From Ancylonema sp. (lineage: Eukaryota), in assembly GCA_050230475.1 (NCBI GenBank), contig JBFLGF010000049.1, positions 62,001 through 96,234 on the forward strand: a stretch of 34,234 nt of DNA, in the 5' to 3' direction. Every line of letters begins with the position of its first letter. Position 1 is the first letter of the stretch. A program made the translations under genes and the position numbers. The notes under the pieces are model-generated. The model made no database searches, was not told the DNA's origin, and saw nothing but the letters and a program-made list of their open reading frames with translations. Positions 10,301 to 21,804 of the stretch are shown here, piece by piece.

Positions 10301-11755
10301 AAATGGCAAGTCTATCGACTTGTGCCAAGGCCGAAGGGGAAGAAAGTGGTGAAGTCAAAGTGGGTGTTCAGGATCAAGTTCAATGCAGATAGTTCTGTAT
10401 AAAAATACAAAGCAAGAGTTGTGGCTAAGGGATTCAGTCAAGTAGAGGGAGAGGACTACGATAAGACCCTTTCTCCAACTGTTCGTTTTGAGAGCATTCG
10501 CCAACTTGTCGCCATGGGAGCTTCCAGGGGTCTACACATGCATCAGATGGATGTAACGACAGCTTTTCTCTATGCACCCCTAGAAGAGGAGGTGTACACT
10601 GACGGCACGTGTGGGCCTGGTGAAGCAGATTTGGTGTGGCTACTCTTGCTACTACTCAGGTGCTTGTATGGCCTCAAGCAGGCACCGAGAGGATGGAATC
10701 AGCACATCGACGACGTGCTGAAAAGCTTGCAGTTCCATCGTCTGGCTTCAGATTTTGGCCTTTATATTTTGGGAGAAGGGCCAGAAGCACTCTACTTGGC
10801 GCTCTATGTGGATGATGTGTTTCTCCTCTGCATCAGGCTGGATACTATTTTTGGGGTGAAAAGAGGGCTGGGAAAGAAGTATAACATGAAAGATTTGGGG
10901 GAAGCAAAATTCTTGGTGGGGCTGGAGATTCGATCGACATCTGATGGCAACGTGTTTTTGGTGCAAGAGAAACATGCCACAGATCTCCTCACCAAGTTTG
11001 GAATGCAAGATTGCAATTCTGCTGCTACTCCTTTTGAGACGGGTGTAAAATTTTATGCAAACTGTGAATCTGCTGGAATAGAGGGTGTGGGCTACAAGTA
11101 TGCAATGGGCAGTTTACTATATCTCACTTCTGGAACAAGACCTGATCTGGCAGCTGTTGTTAACTCCTTGTGTCGATACAGTCAGCAGCCTGGGGACAAG
11201 CATTGGGAGGGGGTAAATAGAGTTTTGCGATATCTAAAGGGGACTGTCAATTTGGGGCTGATGTATAAGAAAAGAGGTGATTTGCCAGTCATTGGTTACT
11301 CATATGCTAGTCATGGTGATGACGTCGACACTAGGAAGGGGAGAACTGGCTATGTCTTTCTTAGTGGAGGAGCTACTGTGAGCTGGAAAAGTGGTCTGCT
11401 GGAGACAGTCACACACTCAAGTTGTGAAAGTGAGTATTTGGCATTGAGTGCTGCTGGAAATGAGGCCATTTATTATTTGAGCCAGATGCAAAAGGAGTTG
11501 GGTATTGGTGGGGGGAGTGTGCTATTGCTGGGAGACAATGACTTTGAAACTTGCTGAGAATCCTGTTTTTCACAAGCGCTCCAAACACATCGAGATAAAG
11601 TATCATTCCATCGAGAGAGGGTGTCCAAGAAAAAGATCAGTCTACAGTTTGTCAAGAATGAAGACCAGGCTGCTGATATGTTGACAAAACCAGTAGTGTC
11701 AGTCAAGGTGTTGAAGAAGAATTGTGATTTGGTGGGGTTAGTGTATGAAAAATAA
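7300..11755 (+). pseudogene. Disrupted gag-pol polyprotein of copia copy 1
   Basis: RGG box plus two CCHC knuckles (CYTCRETGHYSRDC, CKYCGAIGHVELTC); protease FLFDDGSSHH; integrase LHTRLGH..CEGC, VDLA, LRSDRGGE, NAITERMNRTL; RT AKGFSQ, MDVTTAFL, LYGLKQAPR, YVDD; RNase H SSCESEY, KHIEIKYH, AADMLTK. Many stops and frameshifts. Confidence 0.95.
7323..7334 (+). other. Primer binding site complementary to the initiator tRNA-Met 3' end (copy 1)
   Basis: tggtatcagagc, 1 nt after the LTR end; canonical plant copia PBS. Confidence 0.92.
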
Positions 11756-11903
11756 TTGTAGATGGTTCATTGATCAATTTATTTTGCGGAGGTTCGTGAG
11801 TTTTGGTGAGTTTTTTTGTCGACTTGTGTTTCTAAAATCGATATCGTTTTGGTTATCGGGTTATCGTTTTTGGAGGGGGAATACAAAAGTATCCAGGGAG
11901 GGG

Positions 11904-12324
11904 TGGTTAGTTTTTAGGGGCTGTGAACTTTTGTCGTTATATCGATTTTATCAATACCGGGAATTTAGCTTTAGTTTTGTCGTTATTCAGCAAATAGGCA
12001 GGCTGCAGGCCGATGTCCTTGTTTCAATGATTACTTGGCCATCTGGCACAAGTGTCGATAAGAACTAGTTGATGTGGCAAAATGCTTAGATATGATTGGC
12101 AGTTGACTAAGTAGTTTCGATAGCAGTAGATCCTTTGACTAGGCAGCAATTGACTGTACTAGGTCTGGGCTTGCATGCCAAATTCTTTGATCAATACTTT
12201 TTACTTCAAACTTGCACTTTTGTTGTGTCAACGTTTGTAATGAATGACGTGATCTATTTGATTCAAAGACATTAAGAAGTAGTGAACTTTATTCTTGCAT
12301 CGATGGCAGAAGAAAGTTATCACA
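11904..12324 (+). repeat. 3' LTR of copia copy 1
   Basis: Follows polypurine tract agggagggg; followed by TSD gtagc. Confidence 0.93.
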
Positions 12325-13000
12325 GTAGCGACGGTTAGGCATTTGGACGGCGGATGGATCCGGTTGGAGGGCGATTGAAAAATAAAATGGCATTATAGTC
12401 GTGGCTTTGAAAGCAAAATCAAGAAACACTGTTGTTTTCTTTAATGGTGCGTACGCATCGATCGTGCGAGTATTGTACACACTCGAGAGCCACGATTTTG
12501 AATGGTATGTTGAGCTCACATGTTTTTTGAATCATAGGGATGTTTATATTTGCTATAGTGTTCAGTTTGAGCTAGTGGTTGGCATGTGTATCCGGTATCC
12601 GTATAATTTTGAAACATGAAGTTTAAACATTGATTGACACTCCGATCAGCGTAAAAATATCGCGGTGAATCAAGTTCTCTTCAAACGAAACTTTTGGTCG
12701 ATAAGTGTGATAGACTATCACTTATAGTACAAGATTTGAGCATCCGACCGACATATATTCATGAAATGTTTGCTCTTAACGACGTTTTGATGGTTCGCTT
12801 TTGAAGATGGCATTGATGGTACAATCAAGAAGCACAACATTGGAAGAACATTCTTCTTTATGAGAGTGAATAGTGTTGTCAATACACGTCATTGCCTTGC
12901 AACGGTCACCCAAACGGAGGGACTCCTAACTTGTAATACAACAAATCACAACCCAAAGAAATGAATAATTTTCCCGACACACGAAACGTATTCTCTTAAT

Positions 13001-13369
13001 CATAGATGGGTCAGCACCGTGCGCAAGATTTGCGCACGCGTGCGGCACGCGTGCCGCACCGGGACAACTTCAGTAATCGACTTTCGGATGTCGAAATTTG
13101 ACTAAGTAGTGACTACTAACCATTTTGCACTGTAAGTAGTTCGATATAACGTCGTAAGCCCTAAATTGACTACTGCCACGTTGTAACCGGTTCACCAAAT
13201 ACATTTCATGAATTTGGAAACATCCCGGCACCCGTGGGGTGTAGGAAGTACCCCCCCCTCCCGGGTAATAATAATATAATTTTAACGACTATGGGCGCGC
13301 ACCGTGCGCGAGCGCGTGCGCACGCGTTCGGAACACGTGCGGGACGCGCACTTCAAAGACCCATCTATG
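13001..13369. mobile_element. hAT-type MITE (369 bp)
   Basis: Perfect 12-bp TIR catagatgggtc / gacccatctatg; 8-bp TSD ctcttaat (12993-13000) / ctcttgat (13370-13377); cacgcgtg and gtgcgcac subterminal motifs at both ends. Confidence 0.9.
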
Positions 13370-15890
13370 CTCTTGATCAATAAATGCTAAACTAGTTATG
13401 GCTCATACGATCCAGTTGCCTTCGACCAGAGAATTCATTGTACAAGATGTGAGCGTCCGATCAAACATTCATAAACATTCATGAATGGTTTGCTCCTCGT
13501 GTACCGGGTAGATGATATTCATACAGTAAGAACTCTCAACTCTATATGCCTTGATGAACAATCAATATACATTGACGCTACGTGAATGACGGATACGAGA
13601 AATCAAACAAAAAACTCATAGGTTATGGGAGGGTTACCTAGCAGTATCAGTAAAATATATGGAGTCGTCAAATCATAGTGGGAGTTGTGGACCTCAGCAC
13701 GGATAAAGTGTCATGGCACGCTTTCACTTCGGTGATTTGGGGGGGGGGGGGGGGAAAAAAACCCTAGGAAATTATAACCCCTAGTTATTTCCCTCACCAT
13801 ATTTTCTTGGCACTTTTCCGCATTACTTCAACTGACGTCCAACCGTGCCATCCGCCCTCCGACCGCCCCACTGTCGTCCATCTGCTAACTGCCGGTCGGG
13901 GCGGTTCGGCGGTTGGGCGGCGGTATTGCGGTTAACCGAAGGTCTATGAAATGGCGGTCGAGTAACCGACGGTCGGGCGGTCGGCGAATGGCGGTCGGCG
14001 ATTGGGTTCCCACCCTCCACGGAATCGACTCCGGCATGCTAACCTCCATGGGTTCTGCAGGGATTTTCAACAGAAGCATCAAGAGTCGTTATTCTCCTGG
14101 CTCCACGGCCTTCATTTGTCTTTTTGACCTCGTTGCCTTCCAAACGGACGGTCGTTCATCCGAGAACTGCTTTTGTGAAGTCCGGTCGGATGATCGAGGC
14201 CGTCACCCTCTATACGCGTGTCAGTTTGCGATCGTGTTGCAGTAGTAATGATGACAGGTGGCCAGTAGTAATGATAAAACCGGCAGTCCGTACATCTGAA
14301 ACAACGCAATCGCCTTCCCACCGACAGCTCTGGGTATTCCGACCTAAACCGAAGCTTTCCGGGCTAAGAAACCGCAGTTTGCATTCAGACATTCCAGCAG
14401 CACACAGCAACTGCAGTTTGTCATACCTTCTTTCGTAACGTCGGACCGCTTCTCAACGGAACGTCTACTGTGACCTTCACTCAGTGGAATTTCCCCGGAA
14501 GTGGCTTTAGGAGCTCCGGAGCCACGACACACCGCAAGAATTATGAGTCCCCCAAGGTTTGGGAGTCCAACTTTGACGACTAGAATGTCAGGGAGGAGAG
14601 AGGAGGACGTAAGCATACCAAGCGCATGGAGCTCCGGACGTGCAAAGTCCCAAGGCGTACGAACATGCAGCACTCAGGAATCTCGGTACAAAACACAAGC
14701 CCGCATTTTACGGGACGCTGAACCGCAATTTATAATCTATCTGGCAGTACAGCAGTCAATCAAGTTTGTCTATCAAAACGGTGGTCGTCTGGTTGCATAA
14801 TAAGCTTGCGGAAATTTTAGAATTTGCTTAACAATGTTCAACTTAGTGGCATTTCAACTTGTCACACTGGGCATGTAAATTGCTGACCCTGCCACTCATG
14901 TTTCTGCACTTCAAAATATCAGAACCCCGTGCGTGTTCGTGCGGTTTCTATCGCAAATATTTACCCCGTGCTGTACTCATAGAGTTTTTCCTGCCTGCTG
15001 TCCGCACAGAAGCGAAGTTGGCGTTCTTTCTGATCGCCAACGCGTCGTCGGAATTCTCCAATCAAGGGTGCACGGCACTGTAACTTGCCAGGAGCCATCA
15101 AGAGAGGCAGACGTCCTCCATTCCTGGGTCTCTGGCACACCACTACTTTCTCCCAGAAGCCATAGACCAAGGCAAGCGACGTCTTCCCTTGTTGTGGGCT
15201 CCGCGTATTGAGACCTCGCAGCTTGGAGGCTGAAGCAGAAACACGCACGCGCACGGGCACGCTCATTTTCTTCCTGTCCTATACAGTCTGTGACAATTGT
15301 TTATTTGTACAAACAACTCCCTTCCATCCCCCAGTGGCTTGCATTCACGTTGTATTATAGTCAGGGGGTCGATACGAGGATTTTCGGCCCCCAAAGATGG
15401 TTTCTTTGTTGCAGTATAATGTTCTCCACAATGAAGGCCTTGATATGGACTGTTGAACTCAAATAAAACATGTTTACCTTTTGTCGAGTGTGGGGCCGTG
15501 ATTGTTCGAACTCCTCTGCTGTTCATGCGAGTTCTCTTTGGAAATGAGATTGCACTTCCAGACTTTCCGGCTTTTATTCTGCTTTATTTAACTTTTGCTT
15601 CGAGTCGATTCAAAATCAGGTTAGCGGATAATAATATTATCTTGGTACACAGTAGTCGTCACCACGTACTGCTTGTGCGGATATCTTGATAATATTGAGT
15701 CCAATCTAAACGACAAACACAAAACATCAAACAACAAGAAGAAAAAGTCATAATGGCGGAAAGGATTTATTCAAGGCCTTCATAAAGAGATCCAAAAGGA
15801 AAGTGAAGGAAAGTAAATGTAGGAAAAAGGTGATCATGTAAGGGCCCACCAGCCATTAGAAGATTCCTGCAGCGATGGGTGCACGCACTA

Positions 15891-16172
15891 TTGATAGCAC
15901 GTACAAAGAGGTTCCCTACATAGCGAGCTCAAATTTATTTCATCCATTTGAAGTGAAGTAAAAAATAGTTTCATACATCCAAACACATACATTGATAGCC
16001 TAGATGTACAAAACACCCACATTATAGTAATCAACAAAAAAACCTTCGCACATCATACCAAAAGTGGCGACTTCCAACCTTCAAGTCCCGATCGCAGTTA
16101 CCACACACAGCGCATACGATGCCAGCCACAACCAGAATAGACAATCCCAACGCCATGCATGTTGCCAATTTG
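15891..16172 (-). pseudogene. Orphan duplicate of the transporter gene 3' end (last TM helix, stop codon and 3' UTR)
   Basis: Aligns with 27727-27993 at roughly 80% by eye; encodes ATCMALGLSILVVAGIVCAV with a frameshifting insertion before ...AIGT*. Confidence 0.88.
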
Positions 16173-16654
16173 CCAACCGTTGGGATTTTGGCGGTTCGGG
16201 GCCTGGACTCGTCCTTTGAGACCAAGGAGCTTTGGGTCGGGTTATGGAGCATGTGGCATTGAATACAGGGGTCACTCCCATGCCCGTAACTTTGAAATAA
16301 CCAATCCAGCTCGCAAATCTCCAAGGCCGACGGCCGTCTAACCATCATACTTGTACGGAAATATTTATGAAACGTTTGGTTCGGCGTCAAGCGTCATCGA
16401 CGGTAGAATGTCGATTCAGAATGTCGCGGCCCACAGTTGTTTGAGTTGCATAAATGAAGACTCACTCGAATACGATAGCCGTGTCCCTAAAATTACTTGC
16501 CTTGTCCCTAACAATGCCCTCTCTTAAATCATTGGAAAATTCACGCATCGGCCGGATGTGGTTCGTCGATTGGACGGTACCCCCCGTCAAATGTCGTCCG
16601 TGTTCTACGCATTAGGTCGGCGCGCGTTTTTCTCGTTTTTTTGGGGACTCCGAA

Positions 16655-18527
16655 CAGTGCAGTCTCGATACAGTGACAATTTCATGGAGATTGGGATTTA
16701 TTGTTACTATATCTGATGCTAGGGCTGTCACTGTACATTGTAAATGACATTTGATAAGGTGACAATAAGCGAATGTCATTACATTGAGAGACAGTGAAAT
16801 TTAGGTATGAGATGAAGTTCGCAACGGTGTTTTTAAGGGATGTAGCTCAATCGCTCGTATGTTATAATATCACTCGCCAGAGTAAAATCTGTCTAAATGA
16901 ACTCCTGTCGGGAGTAGGAAACAATATTTATTTATATATATTATCAATTTACACATCAGATTTTGGGTGAAAACCCAAAATCGGGCGGAAGATTTTCTTC
17001 TAAATTAGACGAGGCATTGATTTTCTTCTAAATTAGACGAGGCATTGATTTTCACAACATATAGGTTGAGTTGTATAATGACGACGCAATAGTAAAATTT
17101 TGGTTTTTTTTTTGTCAATGTACCGTCTGTCACATAGTGTTTGTCACCATACAGAGTAGGATTTTTTTTTAGGTTTCCACAATTTGGAGAATTTTATAGG
17201 GTACCCATAGTAAACATATTTTCCCATATAGTCGCATAGTCGCCGACAATTAAGAAAATAAGAAATCCGGGGTGTCGAGCTTATTGACGTCATCTTTCCG
17301 AAGTGACGATAGCGTAATGGCTAACCTTACTAAGTCAGAGGGGAACCTCGTAGAAGCTATAACTATCGATTGCCCTACGATTGGAGTCCCCGCAAGATCG
17401 TCTCCTCGCCTTGTCGTCGAGCAAGGGTCGTCTCACTACGGGGCCATTACAAGCCTTGAGTTCACGATTTACCCGCTCTTCACCAATTCGTGTTTGCTTT
17501 GACAGTGGAAAGGTACGTTTGAATGCCCTTTTTAACAACTTTCGAAGTTCCTTTGAATCAAAGATTTTAAACATCAGATTTTGAACATAAGAGAAATGTG
17601 GAGTACTCGAAAGAATATTGCGCGATTGCCGAAATAATATTTAAAAATGACCAATTTATGTTTACCCCACCCCCCCAACAGGTAGCCACTGTCTAAAGCA
17701 ATTTATCGATGAAAGTTTCACAAGAAATGGCGTAGAATATGTTACAAGCGGACGTTCGTGTCAGGACTAGTGTTGTGAATGCCTTAAAACGTAACATCCA
17801 AAATTTTCACTCATATGAATTGATTAAATATTGATTTATACATTAAATAATGATAACATAGATAAATATATATATTGAAAAAAAAAAAAAACTGGGTTTA
17901 AAAAAACCCTATCTGTAGTTTGTCACCATGCAAACTACGGCCGCAGAGGGGGTGCAAGTGAAAGTGGGAAGCCAAGTGGGGGCGGAAGCAGTTTCAAGTT
18001 TCGTTCCACTTCGGCTTCAAATTTTCGCGAAGCGCGCTACAGGTGTAAACATTTCATAATGGCTGGCCATTACGATTCCTTCATACATACCCCCCTTAGG
18101 TGTTAAGGGTTTTTTTTTTTTTGCTAGAGCTCGCATCATGCGGATAAAGGCTGGCCATATCCACAAAGCGATAAATAACAAGGGTGTATACATGGGAAAC
18201 GTTTTCTTCGGAATCCCAATTTGCGAATTTATGGGAACTTTTCCGGAATTCTATAATGGCAAGCCAAAATGGAATTTGGTATAAAGATTACTCGAATATC
18301 ATTGGTCGCCGTCTCAAAATTATGGAAACCGTTTTCCACTCGATTATTGCCGATAAATACGGCTACTAACCAGCCTTTACGACCAACAGTAATCATGGCA
18401 TAATGGCTGGCCTTCACGATTCTTCAATGAATAGAAACCGCTAGTTAGGATTAGAAATAGGGCGAAGTAAATGCCATTGTATCGAGATTGTCACTTTGGA
18501 GTGTGTCACTATATCAAGACTACACCG
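16655..18527. mobile_element. pogo/Tc1-like non-autonomous DNA transposon (about 1.87 kb)
   Basis: 24-bp TIRs cagtgcagtctcgatacagtgaca vs cggtgtagtcttgatatagtgaca (4 mismatches); TA on the right flank (AA on the left); left 300 bp homologous to 1-344; no transposase ORF. Confidence 0.75.
16991..17053. repeat. Perfect 28-bp tandem duplication
   Basis: gattttcttctaaattagacgaggcatt x2 plus gattttc. Confidence 0.9.
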
Positions 18528-18852
18528 TAAAAATTCCGTGCGTTAAAAACGTTAAAAAAATCGGGGAACCACTTATATGATCCACCCTTTTTTTATATGA
18601 ATAGTTTCACACGATCCAGGCAACCAAATTCCAATTGATTATGATGATCCGATCCAGCCATTTCGTCATATATTTTGGATCACAATTGCAGGCCAGTACG
18701 GGCGTCCCAAGCACCTGAAAACCCAAGGTTCCGTTGGTGAATCACCACCGGTGGCTCTTTTCGATCACCAAAAAGAGTATTTTCTTGGGCACGTATTACT
18801 TTTATTAAGTAATACGAGTTCAAGTAATACGAGTTGGTATTTTTATAATAGT

Positions 18853-18910
18853 TAGTGAAACCTGTCTTAATCAATAGCTTGTCTTAATTGATACGTTTTC
18901 CGGTTCCTAC
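18853..18910. mobile_element. Fragment (left end) of the Tc1/pogo-like MITE family seen at 6604 and 32713
   Basis: tagtgaaacctgtcttaatcaatagcttgtcttaatt...ttttccggttcctac. Confidence 0.5.
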
Positions 18911-20052
18911 CTTGGGCGAGTGTAATTATTAGAAAACCTCTCAAACGTGGTAACTGATAAAATTTTCCAACCCCACCAACATGCTAATTAATAATGTAAG
19001 AGGGGGGGAACTGAAAGAGAAACCGTTTTTTTTTAAATCCCGAATTGAAATCAAAGCACGGTTATTGTGTAGAGTAATGCGGGGTACAGATATGGAGGGT
19101 TGGCTCAAGTTCATAACTACGTTCATTTCATTATGATATGATTATGACTATGTGAAACTACACGTTTGGGTTGATTCCGGCATGGATATTAATCCGTTGC
19201 CCCTCGTAGTCACATAGAAACTGGTTTCAGGACATCTGGAACAAATGATTTGTACCAAATGTTCTGAGAATTTGTTACAAATCCTTTCTTAGGTGATTAA
19301 CTGTCTCAATTAATAATATTTTTCGGTCTGTATTTCGATTTGCCATCGCCCGTCAGTGGGCTGCGGGTTACGGCCTCGTCTTTTGGGATGCATGGGCTCC
19401 GTGACACCCCATTGTGCTGCGGGCTCCTCGATGACTTAGCCTGGAGCCCTGAATTTTGAAGGACTTCAGTTCACATTTATAACACCGCGAAAACATCTTG
19501 TTCACCGTCAGGCGTCAAGAGAGAACACTGAAGTGCTTCGGGAACAAGATAGAAAAGAACTCTTGCTTGAACTGAAAGGTTTTTTTGCGAAGCCCAAACT
19601 TACACTACAGCGGTTGTTGAGAAGTGGACGATATTTTGGTTTCTTGGACAAACAACCTTCGAATGCTGTCGACGGGGGGGATTCGGATTGGTCTCAAGAA
19701 ATTGTGCACCTACAAGAACATGGTGTTGTGTTTTAGAAAGAGGCCCGTGCACGTGGAGGGTTTTTGGTACAACTAGTGTCAATGGTTTTTGGTCTCATGT
19801 TTCCTTTTTGGGTTTTAAGCTTTCGTTTTTTGTTGCGTGATAGTGATTTATCACTTGGTTTTTGAGGTTTCCGAGGTCTCCTTTTTCTTGGAATTACCGT
19901 AATGTGTGGCCACATGCATGAGATTTTTCACTATGAGTCTTTATACCACGTAAGCACAACCAAGAAAAACATGTGCCTATTTCTTCTTGCTTCCTTTATT
20001 AAGTCTCATCAACATCATTCACACGCAAATACGTTATACCACGCGTAAATGC

Positions 20053-21086
20053 CATGGTTGCACAATACGCAATACGTTATCAATACTCTTGGGTGGAGAT
20101 ACGCCGTATTTTGCGTATTGAAAATTTATGCGATTTGAAAATACGCGTATTGTCAATGAATATACGTTTTTTCACGGTTCTATATTCCACACACATCCGG
20201 AAGTAGAATGGAAACATCGGGTGCCTAACCTAATTCAAATTATCCATTAAACGAAGGCATTTGTACATAAAATGCATGGTAGGCGCGTGTTCTACCAATA
20301 GATGTGCAATTTTATCATTCATTTGTTGGTGCGAGAATGGGGCATCCGTTTATAGACCCAATATTCTCAACTTACTATCTATTTATTTGATTTCATCTGC
20401 ACACGTTACATAAAATGTTATTCCATTTCCGTTTACAACTAGTTCCGAAAACAAGCTCGATCGGGGCTTCCGTTTTTACTTGAGTAAGGTAATTAAAAAA
20501 AGTGGAATGCTAAACTCCGATTTGCCATGAGATGAGCCCACCATGTGTTCCATAGTTGTAGTGCAACCTACACTATATTTATGGAGACAATGACAACACT
20601 CGGCGTTAGGATCACCTTCAGAGTGTTGAACCAAAATGCGAACTTGGCTCCATGGCTCCTCCGCCCTACGTGACAACATGGTTCTTTTCGGCATCGAAAG
20701 ACGGAACTCATGGCCCGCTGCTGACATCTTACAAATTTACAGCTTATTGCGACTTAGTTACGGACGAATTTTGAACTAGCAGCCGCATACTACTTATTAT
20801 GGCCGAGTCCGATGATCTCTCAAAGCCTGGCAAATAGAATAACACGTCCCATCTTTCAGGCCGTAATCCCAACTTGGACGGTCGGATGAGGTTTACTAGC
20901 GAGGTTTTCGCTGTGCAATGTAGTATCATATATATTTCATTTTACTGCAATATCATGCCGAAAATTATTACTCTTTCAAAACTGAGCGTATTTTTAAGCG
21001 TATTTTAGCGTGTCAATACGCTAGGAACGCAGTACGCGTATTTAACGTATGATAACACAGCGTATTGTGCGTATTGTACAACCCTT
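20053..21086 (-). mobile_element. Internally deleted hAT transposon (1034 bp) retaining a BED zinc finger
   Basis: TIRs catggttgcacaatacgca / aagggttgtacaatacgca; TSD gtaaatgc (20045-20052) / ctaaatgc (21087-21094); dense aatacgc subterminal repeats at both ends. Confidence 0.85.
20476..20727 (-). pseudogene. N-terminal BED zinc-finger fragment of a hAT transposase
   Basis: PWSQVRIL...AECCHCLHKYSVGCTTTMEHMVGSSH fits the BED W...Cx2C...H...H pattern; no DDE core seen within the TIRs. Confidence 0.7.
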
Positions 21087-21355
21087 CTAAATGCCCTATG
21101 TGCCACTTAGGTGGGACCCAAAAAGAATTTGGCACCGACCCCCTAGGATCATTTTTGATTGGTATTCAACGATTGCAGGTTCCGATCACGTTTTGCTCGT
21201 CATCAAATACCCAATCGCGAAAGAAACCGATGCTCCTTAAATGTCTAACCAAAAACAAATGTACGCTCAACTTTTGATGATTGACGTCCCACCAATGCAA
21301 GTCCATTGATTGAGTAATATTTAGCAAGTCAAATATTCGTTAATAACACAGTCCC

Positions 21356-21804
21356 TGTTAGTTTTTAGGGGCTGTTAACTTTTGTCGTTATATCGATTTT
21401 TAGCAATACCGGGAATTTAGCTTTAGTTTTGTCGTTATTCAGCAAATGCAGCTGCAGGCAGGCTGCAGGCCGGCTGCAGGCCGACGTCCTTGTTTTAATG
21501 ATTACTTGGCCATCTGGCACAAGTGTCGATATGAACTAGTTGATGTGGCAGAATGCTTAGATATGATTGGCAATTGACGAAGTAGTTTCGATACCCAAAT
21601 AGATTCTTTGATCAGGCAACAATCGACTGTAACTAGGTCTGAGCTTGCATGCTGAATTCCTTAATCAGACTTTCTACTTCAAACTTGCACTTTTGTTGTG
21701 TCAACCGCCCAACGTTTGTGATAATGACGTGATCTGTCGATTCAAGAGTTGTCTGAGAGAGTTGTGCTTTATTCTTGCATCGATGGCAGAAGAAAGCACT
21801 CACA
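21356..21804 (+). repeat. 5' LTR of copia copy 2
   Basis: Direct repeat of 26299-26747; ends ...gcactcaca. Confidence 0.93.

Larger units (their letters stand above)
6913..12324 (+). mobile_element. Ty1/copia LTR retrotransposon, copy 1 (full-length, decayed)
   Basis: TG...CA LTRs 6913-7321 and 11904-12324; TSD gtagt/gtagc; PBS tggtatcagagc 7323-7334; PPT 11895-11903; domain order gag-PR-INT-RT-RH. Confidence 0.96.
6854..14016. mobile_element. Probable old hAT-like non-autonomous element split by copia copy 1 and the 13001 MITE
   Basis: Left end tagggtgatcccccaatcgc vs reverse complement of right end gagggtgggaacccaatcgc. 12330-12390 is an inverted homolog of about 13820-13875. ggcggt-type subterminal repeats at 13890-14000. 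No TSD recovered. Confidence 0.45.

Noticed and set aside
11745..12068. env-like extra ORF after pol in copy 1
   Set aside because: Runs across the short 3' UTR into the LTR and is not conserved in copy 2.
14020..15700. Possible additional spliced gene on the minus strand
   Set aside because: Some splice-like sites are present, but I could not build a consistent frame or recognise a domain; left uncalled.
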